DNA of 37,874 bases from Chiloscyllium plagiosum (GCF_004010195.1 NC_057719.1:12200028-12237901); one strand, 5' to 3'; numbered from the stretch's first letter, positions 22,980 through 35,906 are shown. Notes: a model not told the origin generated them from the letters alone. Made by a program: numbers and translations.

Positions 22980-24225
22980 ATGACCAGAAGACATTGGAGC
23001 AGAAATTAGGCCATTCAGCCCAACGAGTCTGCTCCGCCATCCAATCATGGTCGATGGGTTTTTCAACTCCATTTTCCTGCTTTGTCACAACCCATGATCC
23101 CCTTGATACTCAAACTGTTTATCTCCCGTCTTTAAATGTACATCTGCCTGTGGCACTGAATTCCACAAATTCACCACTCTGGCTAAAGAAGTTCTCCTTG
23201 GACTTTAGCAAGGCTGGTGATAAAAGTCTGTTATGACAGACTGCTCAAGTAAGGAAGAGTCATTGGTGTCCAAAGCAAGTGGCACATTGAAATCAAAATT
23301 GGCTGAGGTGGGAAGTGGAGGATGATGGTAAAGGGATGTTTCTGGAATTGGAAATCTGTTTCCAGTAGCTATGGTTCAGTGCTGGTGCCCTTGTTTATAG
23401 TGTGTTATTGATTTGGACTTGACTGTTGGGGTTATGGTCAAGAATTTCACGACTGACATTAAAATTAGCAGTGAGTAAAATTTGAGGAGGATAGCCATAA
23501 ACTGCAGGAGGATATCATAGGCTAGTTATTTGGGCAGGGCAATGACAAATGGAATTCCCCTCAAAGATGAGGTAATATACTTGCAGAGCTGACAGGGTAT
23601 GCTACTGCACTATGAATGGTAGAACCTTGGAAAGTATTAAAGATCAGAGGGACTTTGATATGCCAAGCCACAGAAGCCTGAAGGTAGCAGGGCAATGGAT
23701 ATGGTAGTAAAGTATATGGGATATATGCCTTTAGTTGACCTGTAGAATTCTATAGTGGGGAGGTTATGCTGAGAATGTGTTTAAAACACTGGTTAGGTGA
23801 CAGGTGGGTCACGTGTGTAGTTCTGGTCACAATAAAAATGTTTGTACGAAAGGGGATGCAAAGGGGACCTGTCAGGATGCTGCAAGGACTGGAGGGAGGA
23901 AAGATGGAGAGATTGGGATTGTTTTGTTTGAAAGGAACAAATCGCGGTATATAAGATTGAGAAGTGCAGATAGGAAGACACTTTGTCCATTAGTAGAAGG
24001 GTCAATAATCAAGGGCATAGATTACTTGAAGCAATAGAAGGCTAAGAGGATGGTTGAGAATGTTTCATCCATTGAGGATGGTGGGGTTTGGAAAATCTTT
24101 CAGCTTCAATAGTATTTATTAATTAGCATTGTCATAGCTTCCAACACTGCGTCAATGGCATTAGTACAGTTAGACTTTTTATTAACTAGCTCAGTTGGGT
24201 CAAATGATTGCATGTCTGTATATGC
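22980..24225. mobile_element. Decayed CR1 fragments (minus-strand 3' tail about 22980-23200, plus-strand ORF2 remnant about 23200-24225)
   Basis: LDFSKA.DK, GSVLVPL and MERLGLFCL remnants. Confidence 0.7.
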
Positions 24226-24633
24226 GCGAGTCTAGAATTAAAGTTCAAAGATAGGCGTTAGCTTTTTGCTTTTGTCAAATATCTGTTGATTTTATTTAAG
24301 ATATATCTTTTTCATTTGAATGTCTATATCTGCAGTGTCTTTTCTTTATGTTGCCTGATTAAGTTATTGGTATCTGATTTTGTGAAAGAGAAAAAATTGG
24401 CTTTTTTTGCTCATCTAAAACTAATTTAATGTGCAATCTTTAATGTTCTCAACTGCATTTCATCAACAGTATATTTATACTGTGACAGATTGAAATTTGT
24501 GGTAATAATGCAGGAAAAGGTAATTGCAAGAAGTTGTCGCACAATGTGATTCTAAACAATTTGTCTTTCCCTGCTTTTAGACTCCTATTGATTGGAAGAC
24601 TGAGTGAATATATGTTTGAATTTTGTTTTCCAG

Positions 24634-24751
24634 GTTACTGTTGGGCTTGCAAAAGATGAGCCTGACACAATACTATTGGCCTTAATGAAAAGCGAAGGCG
24701 TGAAGAAGATCAGGGAAGCTCTCCTCAATTACATTGATACACTGAAATTAG
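24634..24751 (+). CDS. AHSA1: AHSA1 coding exon 4 (VTVGLAKDEPDTILLALMKSEGVKKIREALLNYIDTLKL-E)
   Basis: Acceptor ttttccag|GTT, donor G|gtaagt, 118 nt. Overlaps ORF 24604..24816 and ends the Aha1 N domain. Confidence 0.96.
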
Positions 24752-25964
24752 GTAAGTGTAGAGTAAACATTGAAAACTTTGCTCGCCAGGAAAACCATAA
24801 TCAATGCTCAAATTAACCAAGCCTTGAAGCACACTAAATGTCAACTAAACACTTGCATCCTTAGTTGTCCATTTAAAGCATTTTTGCACATGAGCTGCTG
24901 TCATTGGCTTAATTCTAGAAATTAACTCAAATTTAGGTCTAAGGTGACTTTTTCTTTTGCCTTTATAGTTGCTGAGCCTCTTGCTACCAGATACAGAACA
25001 CCACTGCAAAATATAATCATACTTTTTAAAGTTGGGGGGGTGGAATTGAGGTTGGAAATTACCATATTCAGCATTATTATAGAGACTTGTATTTATTAAC
25101 ACAGGCAGAATCCTGTGCTTATAGCACCTTCACCATAGTAAAGCTGTTGTAGATAAGGGCTGTGGTATTAGGCTAACTTTTGAGTGCAAGATTAGAATAG
25201 GTACCTAATCCTTTATTTGAAATCTGAAATTTTCTTGTGGAATGTGGAGCGTCATTTTGGTGTGCGAGCAGGTGACCCAACTGCACACCCACTTGAACCA
25301 TGTCAGTCAGATTGACTTAGCAATGTGGCCCAGCACTGACAGGTGTCAATTGTGTCTTAGCACTCTTACTATTCACATATCTGTCTGCTGTTAGGTAAAT
25401 TTTAAAAATTTCACTGAAAATATTATTTATTCTGAATAACAACTGACCCCCTGGATTTCGGATGAAGATTGTGTATCTGCAGTGATGAATGCAACGTATA
25501 ATAGGTCTTCTGTTATGACAGGAGATCCCCAAGAAGACAGTGAAATGCTTTAGTGATGTTGCAGAGACTACACAAACCTCCAAATCACTTACCGAACTTT
25601 TCGAGCACAAGCTACACAATATGTGGAAGAATCTATGCATTTCATGTTGGACTTGTTATTCATCTCAATCCATAGAACTGGAGTGAAAAATCATTCTCAA
25701 TCCTGAGATTGTCTAAGAGGCAGCATAAAGAGTTAATTTTTGAAAGTACTTCATGGAAGATGGTACCAAATGGTTTAGCAACAAATTTGAGGACTGAAAT
25801 AGTAGACGGCTACATAATTGTAGGTCAAAAAGTATAGAATGTAAAAAGATGATCGGAACTGAGTTGTGTGATATGCTTCAGCTCAACAATTAGTGAGAAG
25901 TTAAGCCATTAGTTATTAAAGCTGAGGATTTTTGAATTCCATATTTGGGGGATAGTGTTTCTTT

Positions 25965-26525
25965 TATTCTTTCGTGGGATGTGGGTATCTTTGGCTAGGC
26001 CAGCATTTGTTGTCCATTCCAAATTGCCCTTAGTGATGCCTGAACCCCTGCAGTCCTGTGTGTCAGTAATTCCAGAATTTTGACCCCACAACTTACGCAC
26101 AGGAGGTTTCGTGACTTGAAGGGGAATTTGCAGGTGATGTCCCTGTGCATCATCTGCCCTTGTTCTTCTATGTGGTAGATGCACATGTTGGAAGGTACTG
26201 TTGAAAGACCTTGAATGGGTTACTAAGGACATCTTGTAGATGGGATATGATGCCACTTTGTCACTGTGATTGTGATAGACGGAGTATCAATTAAGCAGCA
26301 GCTTGTCAAGCTGCTTGTTATTGGAGCTCCACGAACCCAAGAGTGGCCATGCTAAATTACCCATCGTGTCCATGGATATGTAGGCTTAAGTGGGTTAGTC
26401 ATGGAAATTGCATGGATGGGGTTGGGAGTGGGAGGTGGTCTGGGTGCTATACTCTTTGGAGAGTTGGTATTGACCTGATGGGCCAAATGGCCTGCTTCCA
26501 CATTGTAGGAATCCTGTGATTCTTT
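25965..26525. mobile_element. CR1-type 3' remnant (minus) followed by the 3' half of an HE1-type SINE (plus, about 26340-26520)
   Basis: ggccagcatttgttgtccattcc...ttgccc tail shared with 32150. The segment ggccatgctaaatt.ccc...gggccaaatggcctgcttccacattgtag matches 21700-21840 in reverse complement. Confidence 0.6.
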
Positions 26526-26926
26526 TTTTCCAGAGCCTGGAGCACAATCTTGAGGCTGGCACTAAAGTGCACTACCAAACATTTACTGTATTGGTGGTTC
26601 ATCTTTCAGGTGAAATACTGAACAAAGGCTCTAAAGAGGAGTATCTGTCCTCAGGTGAAAATGTAAAAATCCAATAATGCTTGTTTTTGAAGTGTACCAA
26701 AGGAATCCTTCTAGTGTTATACCAATGTTTATTTTGTCCTCGACCATCATCAAATGGATTTTCTGATCATAAAGATCACTGCTTTATGTACGAGTTTGCA
26801 AATTAGGCTATCATGTATCCTACTGTCCAATGATTAGGTTTACAATTGACACGACTGATGGGCTGTATATAAAGTTTGTTCTGTTCATACACTAGAATTC
26901 ACTATTGCTTTTGGATTTTATTTCAG

Positions 26927-27015
26927 AATTTACTCAGGGAATGATCTTGCCAACGGTTAATGGAGTTCAAAAAGAACCATCAAAATCGAAGCCCAAGGTT
27001 GATCATCAGACAAAG
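26927..27015 (+). CDS. AHSA1: AHSA1 coding exon 5 (E-FTQGMILPTVNGVQKEPSKSKPKVDHQTK), interdomain linker
   Basis: Acceptor tttcag|AA and the conserved EFTQGMILPT. The donor AAG|gttaaa is weak but gives 89 nt and keeps the frame with exon 6. The 3' boundary is less certain. Confidence 0.88.
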
Positions 27016-27084
27016 GTTAAAAAGTATTTTGTGTGTTGCTCTTCAAATCATAGCTGACAGTTTTTTTTTAGCATTTTTCTGTCT

Positions 27085-28390
27085 GTGTCCTAATAGACCA
27101 TAAAACAGTACAACACAGGAAAAGTGACTTTGGCCCACTATATCTCTGCCAACTATGATGCCAATCTAAAATAACCCCATCTACCTGCACATGGCCTATA
27201 CCCCTCTGTTTTCTGCCTGTTTGTCTGTCTAAATGACTATTGAACATTGCAGTCATATCATCTTGTACCTCCCCTGTCAGTGTGTTGCAGGCATCCATTA
27301 CCTCTGTGTATTTTTAAAAATAAACTTTTTCCTTCTCTTAAACTTCCACAAAAATAGAAATTGGGCCCAAAACATTAACTGATTTCTGTCCGCAGAAGAT
27401 GCCAGACCTGCTGAATTTTTCCAGTAATATCTATTTTAATGTTTCTGATTTTTAAAGAATATTCATGTATGGGGTGAGAGCATTGTTGGCCAAGTCAGTA
27501 TTTATTGCCCATCCTTAATTGTCCAGAGGGCAGTTAAAGATCAACCACATTGCTGTGGGTCTGGAGTCACATGTAGGACAGACCAGCTACGGTTGGTAGC
27601 TTCCTTCCCTAAAGCACATTAGTGAACCAGTCGTATTTTTCTGACGATCAACAATAGATTCATGGTCATCGTTAGACCCTTAATTTCAGATATTAATTGA
27701 ATTCAAATTCCACCTTCTGTCATGGCAGGGTTCAAACCCAGGTCCCCAAAACATTATCTGAGTCTCTGGATTAACAGTCCAGCAATAATACAAACTAAAC
27801 TATTGCCTCCCCTGATTTCCAGCATCTGATTATTTTGATTTTTCCATTTGAACTTTCTCCCTCCCACTTTAAATCTATGCCCCTTATACTCTGGGGGGGG
27901 GGAGGGGAAACACTGACCTATCCAGCCTATCGGTGCCTTGCATAATTTTATGTACTTCTATCGAGTTCCTCTCAGCCTTCAATTCTTCAAGCAAAACCAA
28001 ACAATTCCAGTTAGGCCAACCTCTCCTTATGGCTAATACACTCCAACCTAGGTAATATCCTGGTAAATCTCATCTGCACGCTCTCCAAAGCCTCCATGTA
28101 CTTCTATAGTGTGGTGACCAGAACTGCCCACTGTAGTCCAAATGTTACCTAATTCAAGTTTTATGCAACTGCAGCTTGACTTAGCAATTCTTTTGACTCC
28201 ATTTTCTAACCAAGCGTGCCATACATCATTAGCACTTTATCTACTTGTGTTGCCATGTTCAGGGAGCTACTGACTTGCACTCCAAATTCCTTTTGTATAT
28301 CAGTGCTCCTAAGGGTCCAGCCTTTTACTTCATAGTCTTGCATTTGACTTCAAATGCATCATCTCTCGCATCCAGATTAAACTATTCAAG
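27085..28390 (-). mobile_element. Decayed CR1 3' fragment with nested insertions
   Basis: CR1 tail at about 27095-27300, resuming at about 27850. Confidence 0.65.
27452..27811 (-). mobile_element. tRNA-derived SINE (second family) with a CR1-type tail and 7-bp TSD
   Basis: Minus-strand head GGGAGGCAATAGTTTAGT...GGGTTTGAACCC (B-box-like) and tail GGATGGGCAATAAATACTG. CTGATTT occurs at 27445-27451 and 27812-27818. A related remnant lies at about 10640-10830. Confidence 0.65.
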
Positions 28391-28764
28391 TGATGTATAG
28401 AATCCACTGTGTTGTTTTTCCAACTAAGTCGCTTATGGTTAATGGATATTTTAGACTTATGGCATCTGAAACCTTTTCATGTGTTGTGGAATTAAATTCT
28501 TGAACATTAATTGTTAAAATAGCATTTAAATCATTTTTCTCCCTCCACCCCTATTCCCTCCAAAAAAAGGTCTGAAACAGCTTAAACTTCTAAATGATAC
28601 GTGAGCACACTTTATTACAAAATCAAAACTACTTTTCTGTTTTGGGTTTGCATTAATCAGTTCTTAGTAAGTTTTCAGCTGTTCACTTGGCAGCAACCTT
28701 TTTATTCAGTGCCTATCTCCTAAAGGTTGATCTGATGCTGGGTGCTCAAGTATTGAATTTTTTT

Positions 28765-29865
28765 CAGAGTCAGAAGTGTACAGCATGGAAATCTATCCTT
28801 TGGTTCAACTCGTCCATGCTGACCAGATATCCTAACCTAACATAGTGCCGTTTGCCAGCACTCAGCCCATATCCCTCTAAATGCTTACTATTCATTCTAC
28901 CCATCCTGTTTTAAAATGCTGTAATTGTACCAGCCTCCACCACTTCCTCTGAGACATGCGCCACCGTCTGTGTGTGGAAAAGGTTGCTCCATAGGTCCCT
29001 TTTTGTACCTTTTCCCTTACACTCTAAACCTATGCCCTCTAGTTCTGGAGCCCCTCCCAGCTCTGATAGTCAGCTCAGTGCTCTGACCAATAAAAGAAAG
29101 CACATGAAACACCTACACTATTCTATCTCCCTCCAACTCCACTTTCAAGGAGCTATGAACCTCCACTCCAAGATCTTTGTTCAGCAGCATTTCTCAGGAC
29201 CTTTGTAATTGTATAAGTCCTGCTTTAATTTGCTTTTCCAAAATGCAGCACCTTGCATTTGTCTAAGTTAAACTCCACCTGCCATTTCTCAGCCCATTGG
29301 CCCATCTGATCATGATCCTGTTGTAATCTGAGGTATCCTTCTTCACTGTCCACTACACCTCCAATTTGTGTTATCTGCAAACTTACTAAATCTACCTCTT
29401 AAGTCAGTGATTTGGATGTGAACATAAATGATGAAAAGCAGTGGACCCAACAGCGATTCTTGTGGCACACCACTGGTCACAGGCCTGAAGTCTGAAAAGC
29501 AACCTTCCACCACCACCCTCTGTCTTCAGTCTTTGAGCCAGTTCTGTATCCAAATGGTTAGTTCTCTCTATTCCATGAGCTCTAACCTTGCTAACCAGTC
29601 TCCCATGAGGAACTTGTCGAATGCCTTACTGAAGTCCATATAGATCACATCTACCGCTCTGCCCTCCTCAATCCTCTTTGTTACTTCAAAAAACTCAATC
29701 AAGTTCATGAGACATGATTTCCCACGCACAAAGCCATGTTGACTATCCCTAATCAATCCTTACCTTTCCAAATGTATGTACATCCTGTCCCTCAGGATTC
29801 CCTCCAACAACTTCAGGCTTACTGGTCTATAGTTCCCTGGCTTTTCCTTACCACCTTTCTTAAAT
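28765..29865 (-). mobile_element. CR1 LINE ORF2/3' fragment
   Basis: IRDSQHGFVRGKSCLMNLIEFFEVTKRIEEGRAVDVIYMDFSKAFDK (ORF 29568..29756). Confidence 0.9.
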
Positions 29866-30241
29866 CCCCCTATTGATATGGCTTTTGAAAAAATTGCTGT
29901 CAATAGCAAATAAGCTGTGACATTTTTAAAAAAAAATGCATGTAGTATGGCACTAATTCACCTAAAGTAGGCAATAGAGCTTAAGTCAAACTCTCATTTC
30001 CCTACTAGAGCTGAAAGGTGACATAATTTTTGTCTCATGTTAAAAACCATAGTCCAAGGTTAATGCAATCTAAGGCTGGGTTTGTTTGATTTTCAGTTTG
30101 TTCAATTCAATAATGAATTTAGCTGTTCATATTGATCACTAATTGGTGACTTCCTAATCCACTGTTTCACCTTGCTCTTGGAAGCTTTTACTACTTCCTC
30201 TGTCATTGTGCTATACTTTACATGAATTACTTTCTTTTCAG

Positions 30242-30370
30242 GTTGCTGTGGGGCACTTACCCAGTCAGCTTACATCAGTTGGGGTCAAGATTCCAACCTG
30301 TAAGTTTAACTTAAAGGACTACTTTATGACATCACCAGAAGAATTATACAGAATCTTCATTACACAAGAG
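30242..30370 (+). CDS. AHSA1: AHSA1 coding exon 6 (VAVGHLPSQLTSVGVKIPTCKFNLKDYFMTSPEELYRIFITQE)
   Basis: Acceptor ttttcag|GTT with conserved GVKIPT...TSPEELY, 129 nt. Ends GAG|gcaagt (GC donor). Confidence 0.94.
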
Positions 30371-30693
30371 GCAAGTATGAAACAGTATGTATGTTGCTTT
30401 AGTACACCTTGTAGTGAAGTATGTCAAGATTTAGGAGCTGCTGTCTTGTCTCTTTTTTTGGCAGAAGAATCAAAAAAGTCCATGCAACAGAAAGAGATCA
30501 TTGAGTTATCCCCAATTTTTTTTTTAACTTCAAAAAATCAATCATGTCAATCTTGCTGCTCTTTATTTTCTCCTTTCAAATATCTTTTTGGAAGGCTGTT
30601 ACTGTGTAAAAGTGGATTCTAAATTCTAATGACTCATTGCGTGAAGTGCTTTTCTGATGTCAGAACTGATTTTTTTTACTTCTGAGCTCCCAT

Positions 30694-31180
30694 TTGTTGT
30701 GGTTCTGTTCGCCGAGCTGGGAATTTGTGTTGCAGACGTTTCGTCCCCTGTCTAGGTGACATCCTCCGTGCTTGGGAGCCTCCTGTGAAGCGCTTCTGTG
30801 ATCTTTCCTCCGGCATTTCTCGTGATTTGTCTCTGCCGCTTCCGGTTGTCAGTTCCAGCTGTCCGTTGCAGTGGTCGGTATATTGGGTCCAGGTCGATAT
30901 GCTTATTGATTGAATCTGTGGATGAGTGCCATGCCTGTAGGAATTCCCTGGCTGTTCTCTTTGGCTTGTCCTATAATAGTAGTGTTGTCCCAGTCGAATT
31001 CATATTGCTTGTCATCTGCGTGTGGGGCTACTAAGGATAGCTGGTCGTGTCGTTTTGTGGCTAGTTGGTGTTCATGGATGAGGATCGTTAGCTGTCTTCC
31101 TGTCTGTCCTATGTAGTGTTTTGTGCAGTCCTTGCATGGGATTTTGTACACCTACATTGGTTTTGCTCATGCCGGGTATC
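30694..31180 (-). mobile_element. Penelope-like element family B, 3' fragment with GIY-YIG endonuclease
   Basis: YKIPCKDCTKHYIGQTGRQL (ORF 30903..31151). Its terminal repeat has a mutated hammerhead core at 30732-30771. Confidence 0.88.
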
Positions 31181-32109
31181 CTTGCATGGGATCCTTGCAA
31201 GTCTTTCTAGGCTTTCAAGCTACCAAAGAAACCAGCTACTTTCATGTAATTAATTTCTCACTTGGAATCATTCTCTACTTCTTAACCTCAAATCTTTGTA
31301 TCCTTAACTGGTAGTGGTCAAATTGGATACCAGTAGTGTTTTATGGCTGTTTGCTTTTGCCTCTTGAAATAACTCCAAATTCTGTATATTCTCTTAATTG
31401 TTTTGTTAATCTCTCCTGTCACTTCAAAGATTTGTGCCAAATGCTCTCTGGTCTCGATTGTTTTTGTTAAAATGGTACAATATTAAAAGCAGATGTATTG
31501 CTGCTGCATCCCCCGCCCCCTTTACTTCACCTTTTTTTGAATTTTAATTGTCAGTGTCATTCATTTCATCGGTCTGTTGGACAGCTTTGCAACAGTAAGC
31601 CTTTCTTACAGTTTACTGTACAACTTCTATGTCCTCTACAAAACCCGTCATTATATCTGACTGCAGTGGTGCTAGTGGTGAACAATGCAGAGTTCCAGAT
31701 ATCCCCTAATCCTGGTCACGAAAGGAGTACAATTTATCATCTTTGCTAATCCTTGGCCAGTGTTATGCCCAGGAAGTTTGTTTTGCTAAAGTCTTTTGCA
31801 AATGTTTTTATCATACTTTAAAAATTGTTGTACAGTAATCAACTACACTGCCCTTTGTTACCTCACCAAAAAAAGTCCAGTTAATTAAACATAATTTACC
31901 CTTCAATCCATACTGGCTCTCCTCTGTTTGTGCTTGTCTAACTGGCTGTTCATTTTCTCTCAACAAAGTTTTAAATGTGTTCAAATATTTGGAGTGAGCC
32001 TGGAACCTACAGCTTGCCAAAGCGCAGGTGAGAGCACCACACCAAGCTTGATTTGATTGTAAAAGCTTGATTAGTTGTAGACTACCAATCACCATCATGG
32101 AAATAGTTT

Positions 32110-35005
32110 TTATGTAACTCACCTGTGGGAGGTGGGCATTGCTGGCTGGCCAGCATTTGTTGCCTGTCCCTAAGTGCCCATGAGAAGGTGGTTGTGTGCT
32201 GGTGGAGGATGGCTCAGTAGTTAGCAATGCTGCCTCATAGCGCCAGGGTTCACGTCCATCCTTAGGTAACTGTGGAATTTGCATATTTTCCCCATATCTG
32301 CATACGTTTCCTCTGGGTGCTCTTATTTCCTCCCATAGTCCAAAGATGAGCAGCTTAGGTGGAAAAACCATGGGAAATGCAGGGATAGGGTAGGGGATGG
32401 GTCAGGGTGGGATGCTCTTCAGAGGGTCAGTGTGGACTTGATGGGCTTACGTGGTCTGCTTCCACGCTGTAGGGATTATCTGCTGGAGTCCACATGCTAT
32501 AGGTTAATGCAGAATGCCATTTGGATCTAGCAACAGTGACGGAAGGGAAAGATATTTAAGTCAGGATGGCGAGTGGCTTGGAGGAGAACTTGCAGGTGGT
32601 GGTGTTCCCATATATCTGCTGGAAGTGGTCATGGGTTTGGAAAGTCCTGTCTAAGGATCTTTGAATATCTGCAGTGCATCTTGTAGATAGCAACAGTGCG
32701 AGTGGCTTGGAGGAGAACTTGCAGGTGGTGGTGTTCCCATATATCTGCTACCCTTGCCCTCTTAGATGGAAGTGGTCATGGGTTTGGAAAGTCCTGTCTA
32801 AGGATCTTTGAATATCTGCAGTGCATCTTGTAGATAGCAACAGTGTGTACTGAAGGTTTGGTGGCAGGAGTAGATGCTTGTGAATATGGTGCCAATCAAA
32901 CCAGCTGCTTTGCCCTGGATGGTATCAGGCTTCTTGAGTGTTGAGCTGCCCCCATCCAGGCAAGTGAGGAGTATTCCATTGCAATCTTGACTTGTGCCTT
33001 TTAAGTGGTCAACAGGCTTTTAGGAGTTAAATTAGTTACTTGTCACTGTATTTCTAGTCTTTCACCTGCTCTTGGAGCCATTGCGTTTATGTAGTGAGTC
33101 CAGTAGAGTTTCTGGTCAGTAGTATCCCTCCCAGGATGGTGTTTGTGGGGAATTCAGTGATGGTAACCCCATTGAATGTCAATAGGTGGTGATTAGATTG
33201 TCTGTCTGTTATTGGAGATGGTCATTGCCTGGTGTTTGTGTGGCATGAATGGTCCTTGCCACTTATCAACACGAGCCTGGACATTGTCCAGATTCAAACA
33301 TGGACTGCTTCAGTATCTGAGGAGTCACAAATGTTGCTGAACATTGATAATTGTACAATGAAGATCCCCACTTCAGACTTGATGACTGAGGGAAGTTCAT
33401 TGATGAAACAGCTGAAGATATTTGTGTCTAGGACACTACCCTGAGGAACTGCTTCAGAGTTGTCCTGGAGCTGAGATAACTGACCTCCAACAACCAAAAC
33501 CATCTTCCAAAGTGCCACATACTACACCAACCAGTGGAGAATTTGCCCTTAGTACACATGACTTTTTATCAGGCTCCTTCATGCCACACTTCTTCAAAAC
33601 TGGCTTTGATGTTGAGAGCTCACACTGCCACTTCATCTCTACAGTTCACCTCTTCTGATCATTTTTGAACCAAGGCTATATTTGGGTCAGGACCTGAGTG
33701 GCCCTGGCAAAACCCAAACTGTGTTGCTGAGCAAATGCTGCTTGAAAGCTGCTTGATGACATCAAGCAGGTTGGATTTGTCCTGCTTTTTTGTGAACAGG
33801 ATGTACCTCAACAACGTTTACAATGTCAGGTAAATGCCATGTTGTGACATGCCTTGGTTAGCAGAGTGGCATGTTCTGGATCATGTCTTCAGTACTGTCG
33901 CTGGAATGTTGTCAGGGCCTGTAGTCTTTGAAATATCCACTGCCTTCTATTTCTTGATACCAAGTTAAAATTGATTGAATTGGCTGAAGACTGGTATCTG
34001 TGATGCTGGGGACCACTGGAGAAGGCTGAGATGGATGATCCACTTGGTACTTTGGCTGAAGATTGTTGTAAGTGCTGCAGACATATCTTTATGATGTGTT
34101 GCGCTGTTCCACCATTAGGATAAGGATATCTGTAGTGTCGTCTCTAGTGAGTTGTTTAAATGTCTACCACCATTCATGACTTGATGTGCAGGACTGCAGA
34201 CTTAGATTTGATCTCCTGGCTGTGGGATCACTTACCTCTGCCTGTTACTTCCTGCTTATGCTGTTTGGCATGCAAGAAGTCTATTAAGTAGCTTCACCAG
34301 ATTGACCTGAAAAGTTGGTGTCATAGATATGCCTTAAGCTGTTTCTAGCATGCCCTCCTGAACTATCCATTTGAGCCTGGCTTGTTTGGTAGTAGTTGAG
34401 TTGGTATATACCAGGACATGAAGTTACAGATTGCACTGGAGTACAATTCTGTTGATGGCCAACAGTCTCTCATGAATGCCCAGTCTTGAATTGCTACATT
34501 TGTTTGAAGTCTCCCGTTTTTGGCATGGTGATAGTGCCACACCAAACGGAGCGTGTTTTTAATATAAAGGCGGGACTTCATCTCCACAAGGACTGTATCA
34601 TTAAAAGTGACCACTGTACAGATGCATCTGCAGCTGGTAGACCGGTAAGGATGAGGTGAATTATGTTTTTTATCTTGGTTCTTTCACCACCTGCCACAGA
34701 GCCCATCCAGTAGCAATGTCTTTTTGGACCCATGGTAGATAGTGACGTCTCCTCCTTTTTCTCTCTTCTCTTACACGTGCGCGCGCAGAACATTTTGTGG
34801 CCATGGCACCCTCGGTGCTTCCTTCAAGTGTTGTTTAACAGAGTACTGATTTGTCAGCTGGAGGAGAAGAGTCATGAGCAGTACGTTTCCTTGCCTGTGT
34901 CTTACCTGAAGCCATGAGACTTTGTGGGTTCTAAAGTCAGTGCTGAGGAGTCTCAGGGCAAGTCCCTCCTGACTGTCCAGCTCTGTGCTGCCACCACTGG
35001 TTTGG
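32110..35005 (-). mobile_element. Long decayed CR1-type LINE with a nested HE1-type SINE (plus, about 32205-32478)
   Basis: VPQGSVLDTNIFSCFINELPSVIKSEVGIF (ORF 33294..33518). SINE head ggctcagtagttagcaatgctgcctcatagcgccaggg. Confidence 0.8.
32569..32844. repeat. Tandem duplication (129 bp + 147 bp) inside the LINE
   Basis: 32569-32697 and 32698-32844 read identically except for an 18-bp segment (acccttgccctcttagat) present only in the second copy. Confidence 0.9.
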
Positions 35006-35906
35006 TTTTAAGGCAAGTATAGTCTTCTGTTTGGGTAAAGAAGACCAAAACTCTGGATATCAAAGGTCTCTAACAATTGTAAAACTTCCTTTAATCTTGT
35101 ACTCAATCACCTTGCATATAATTTGCCTTCCTAATAGCTTGCTTGACCTCTGAAAACCAATCACATGATCCCAATTTTTCTAGATATCAGAATTTTATTA
35201 TTTTGTTTCTATGGTGATATGAATTTATTCTTCAAGACGATAAAATATTTCTCCATTTCTACATCTACACTGTCCTGTCCACAAAATCCTCTGTATACCT
35301 GTGCAAATTGTCATCTTCACAGCCTACTTTTAAATCTAGTATTGTTATTGACAAACTTGGATATACTGTGGTTTATCTCCACAATTAAAGTAGATTTCAG
35401 TTGATGCTCATGCTGATCTTTGCAGCATCCCAGCAGTAACTTTATTTGACAGGCTCTAATTTCTTCTGTCAAACCAAGCCTCTACCCCAATCTCATGAGT
35501 CTTTATCTTGCACAGCAATCTTTAACTTTATAGAATTCCTCTTAAAAATCCAAATATAGAGCATCCATTGATTTCTCAGTCACATGTACTGTTATCGTAC
35601 TGGTTAGATTTATCAAACTAATTTTCATTTTCATCAAACTGTTGACTACCTATTTAAACTGACTTTATTGATACTTTGTTCATGTTTTAATGGATTGTTT
35701 CCCAATGACTCCAGCTAGCTGACCTATAATCAATATTTTTCTAAGCTGTGAAATATGTAGCAACCCATAACACACCATGCAAGGAATAAACAGCTGCACA
35801 TGACCTATATTAAAATGGTTGCATGGCACAAATTTGAAAGTTCATTGTAGTTGTTTGACTTCCCTCCTTCCTTGTTACATTTGACCACTCCAGAACCTTA
35901 GGCAGA

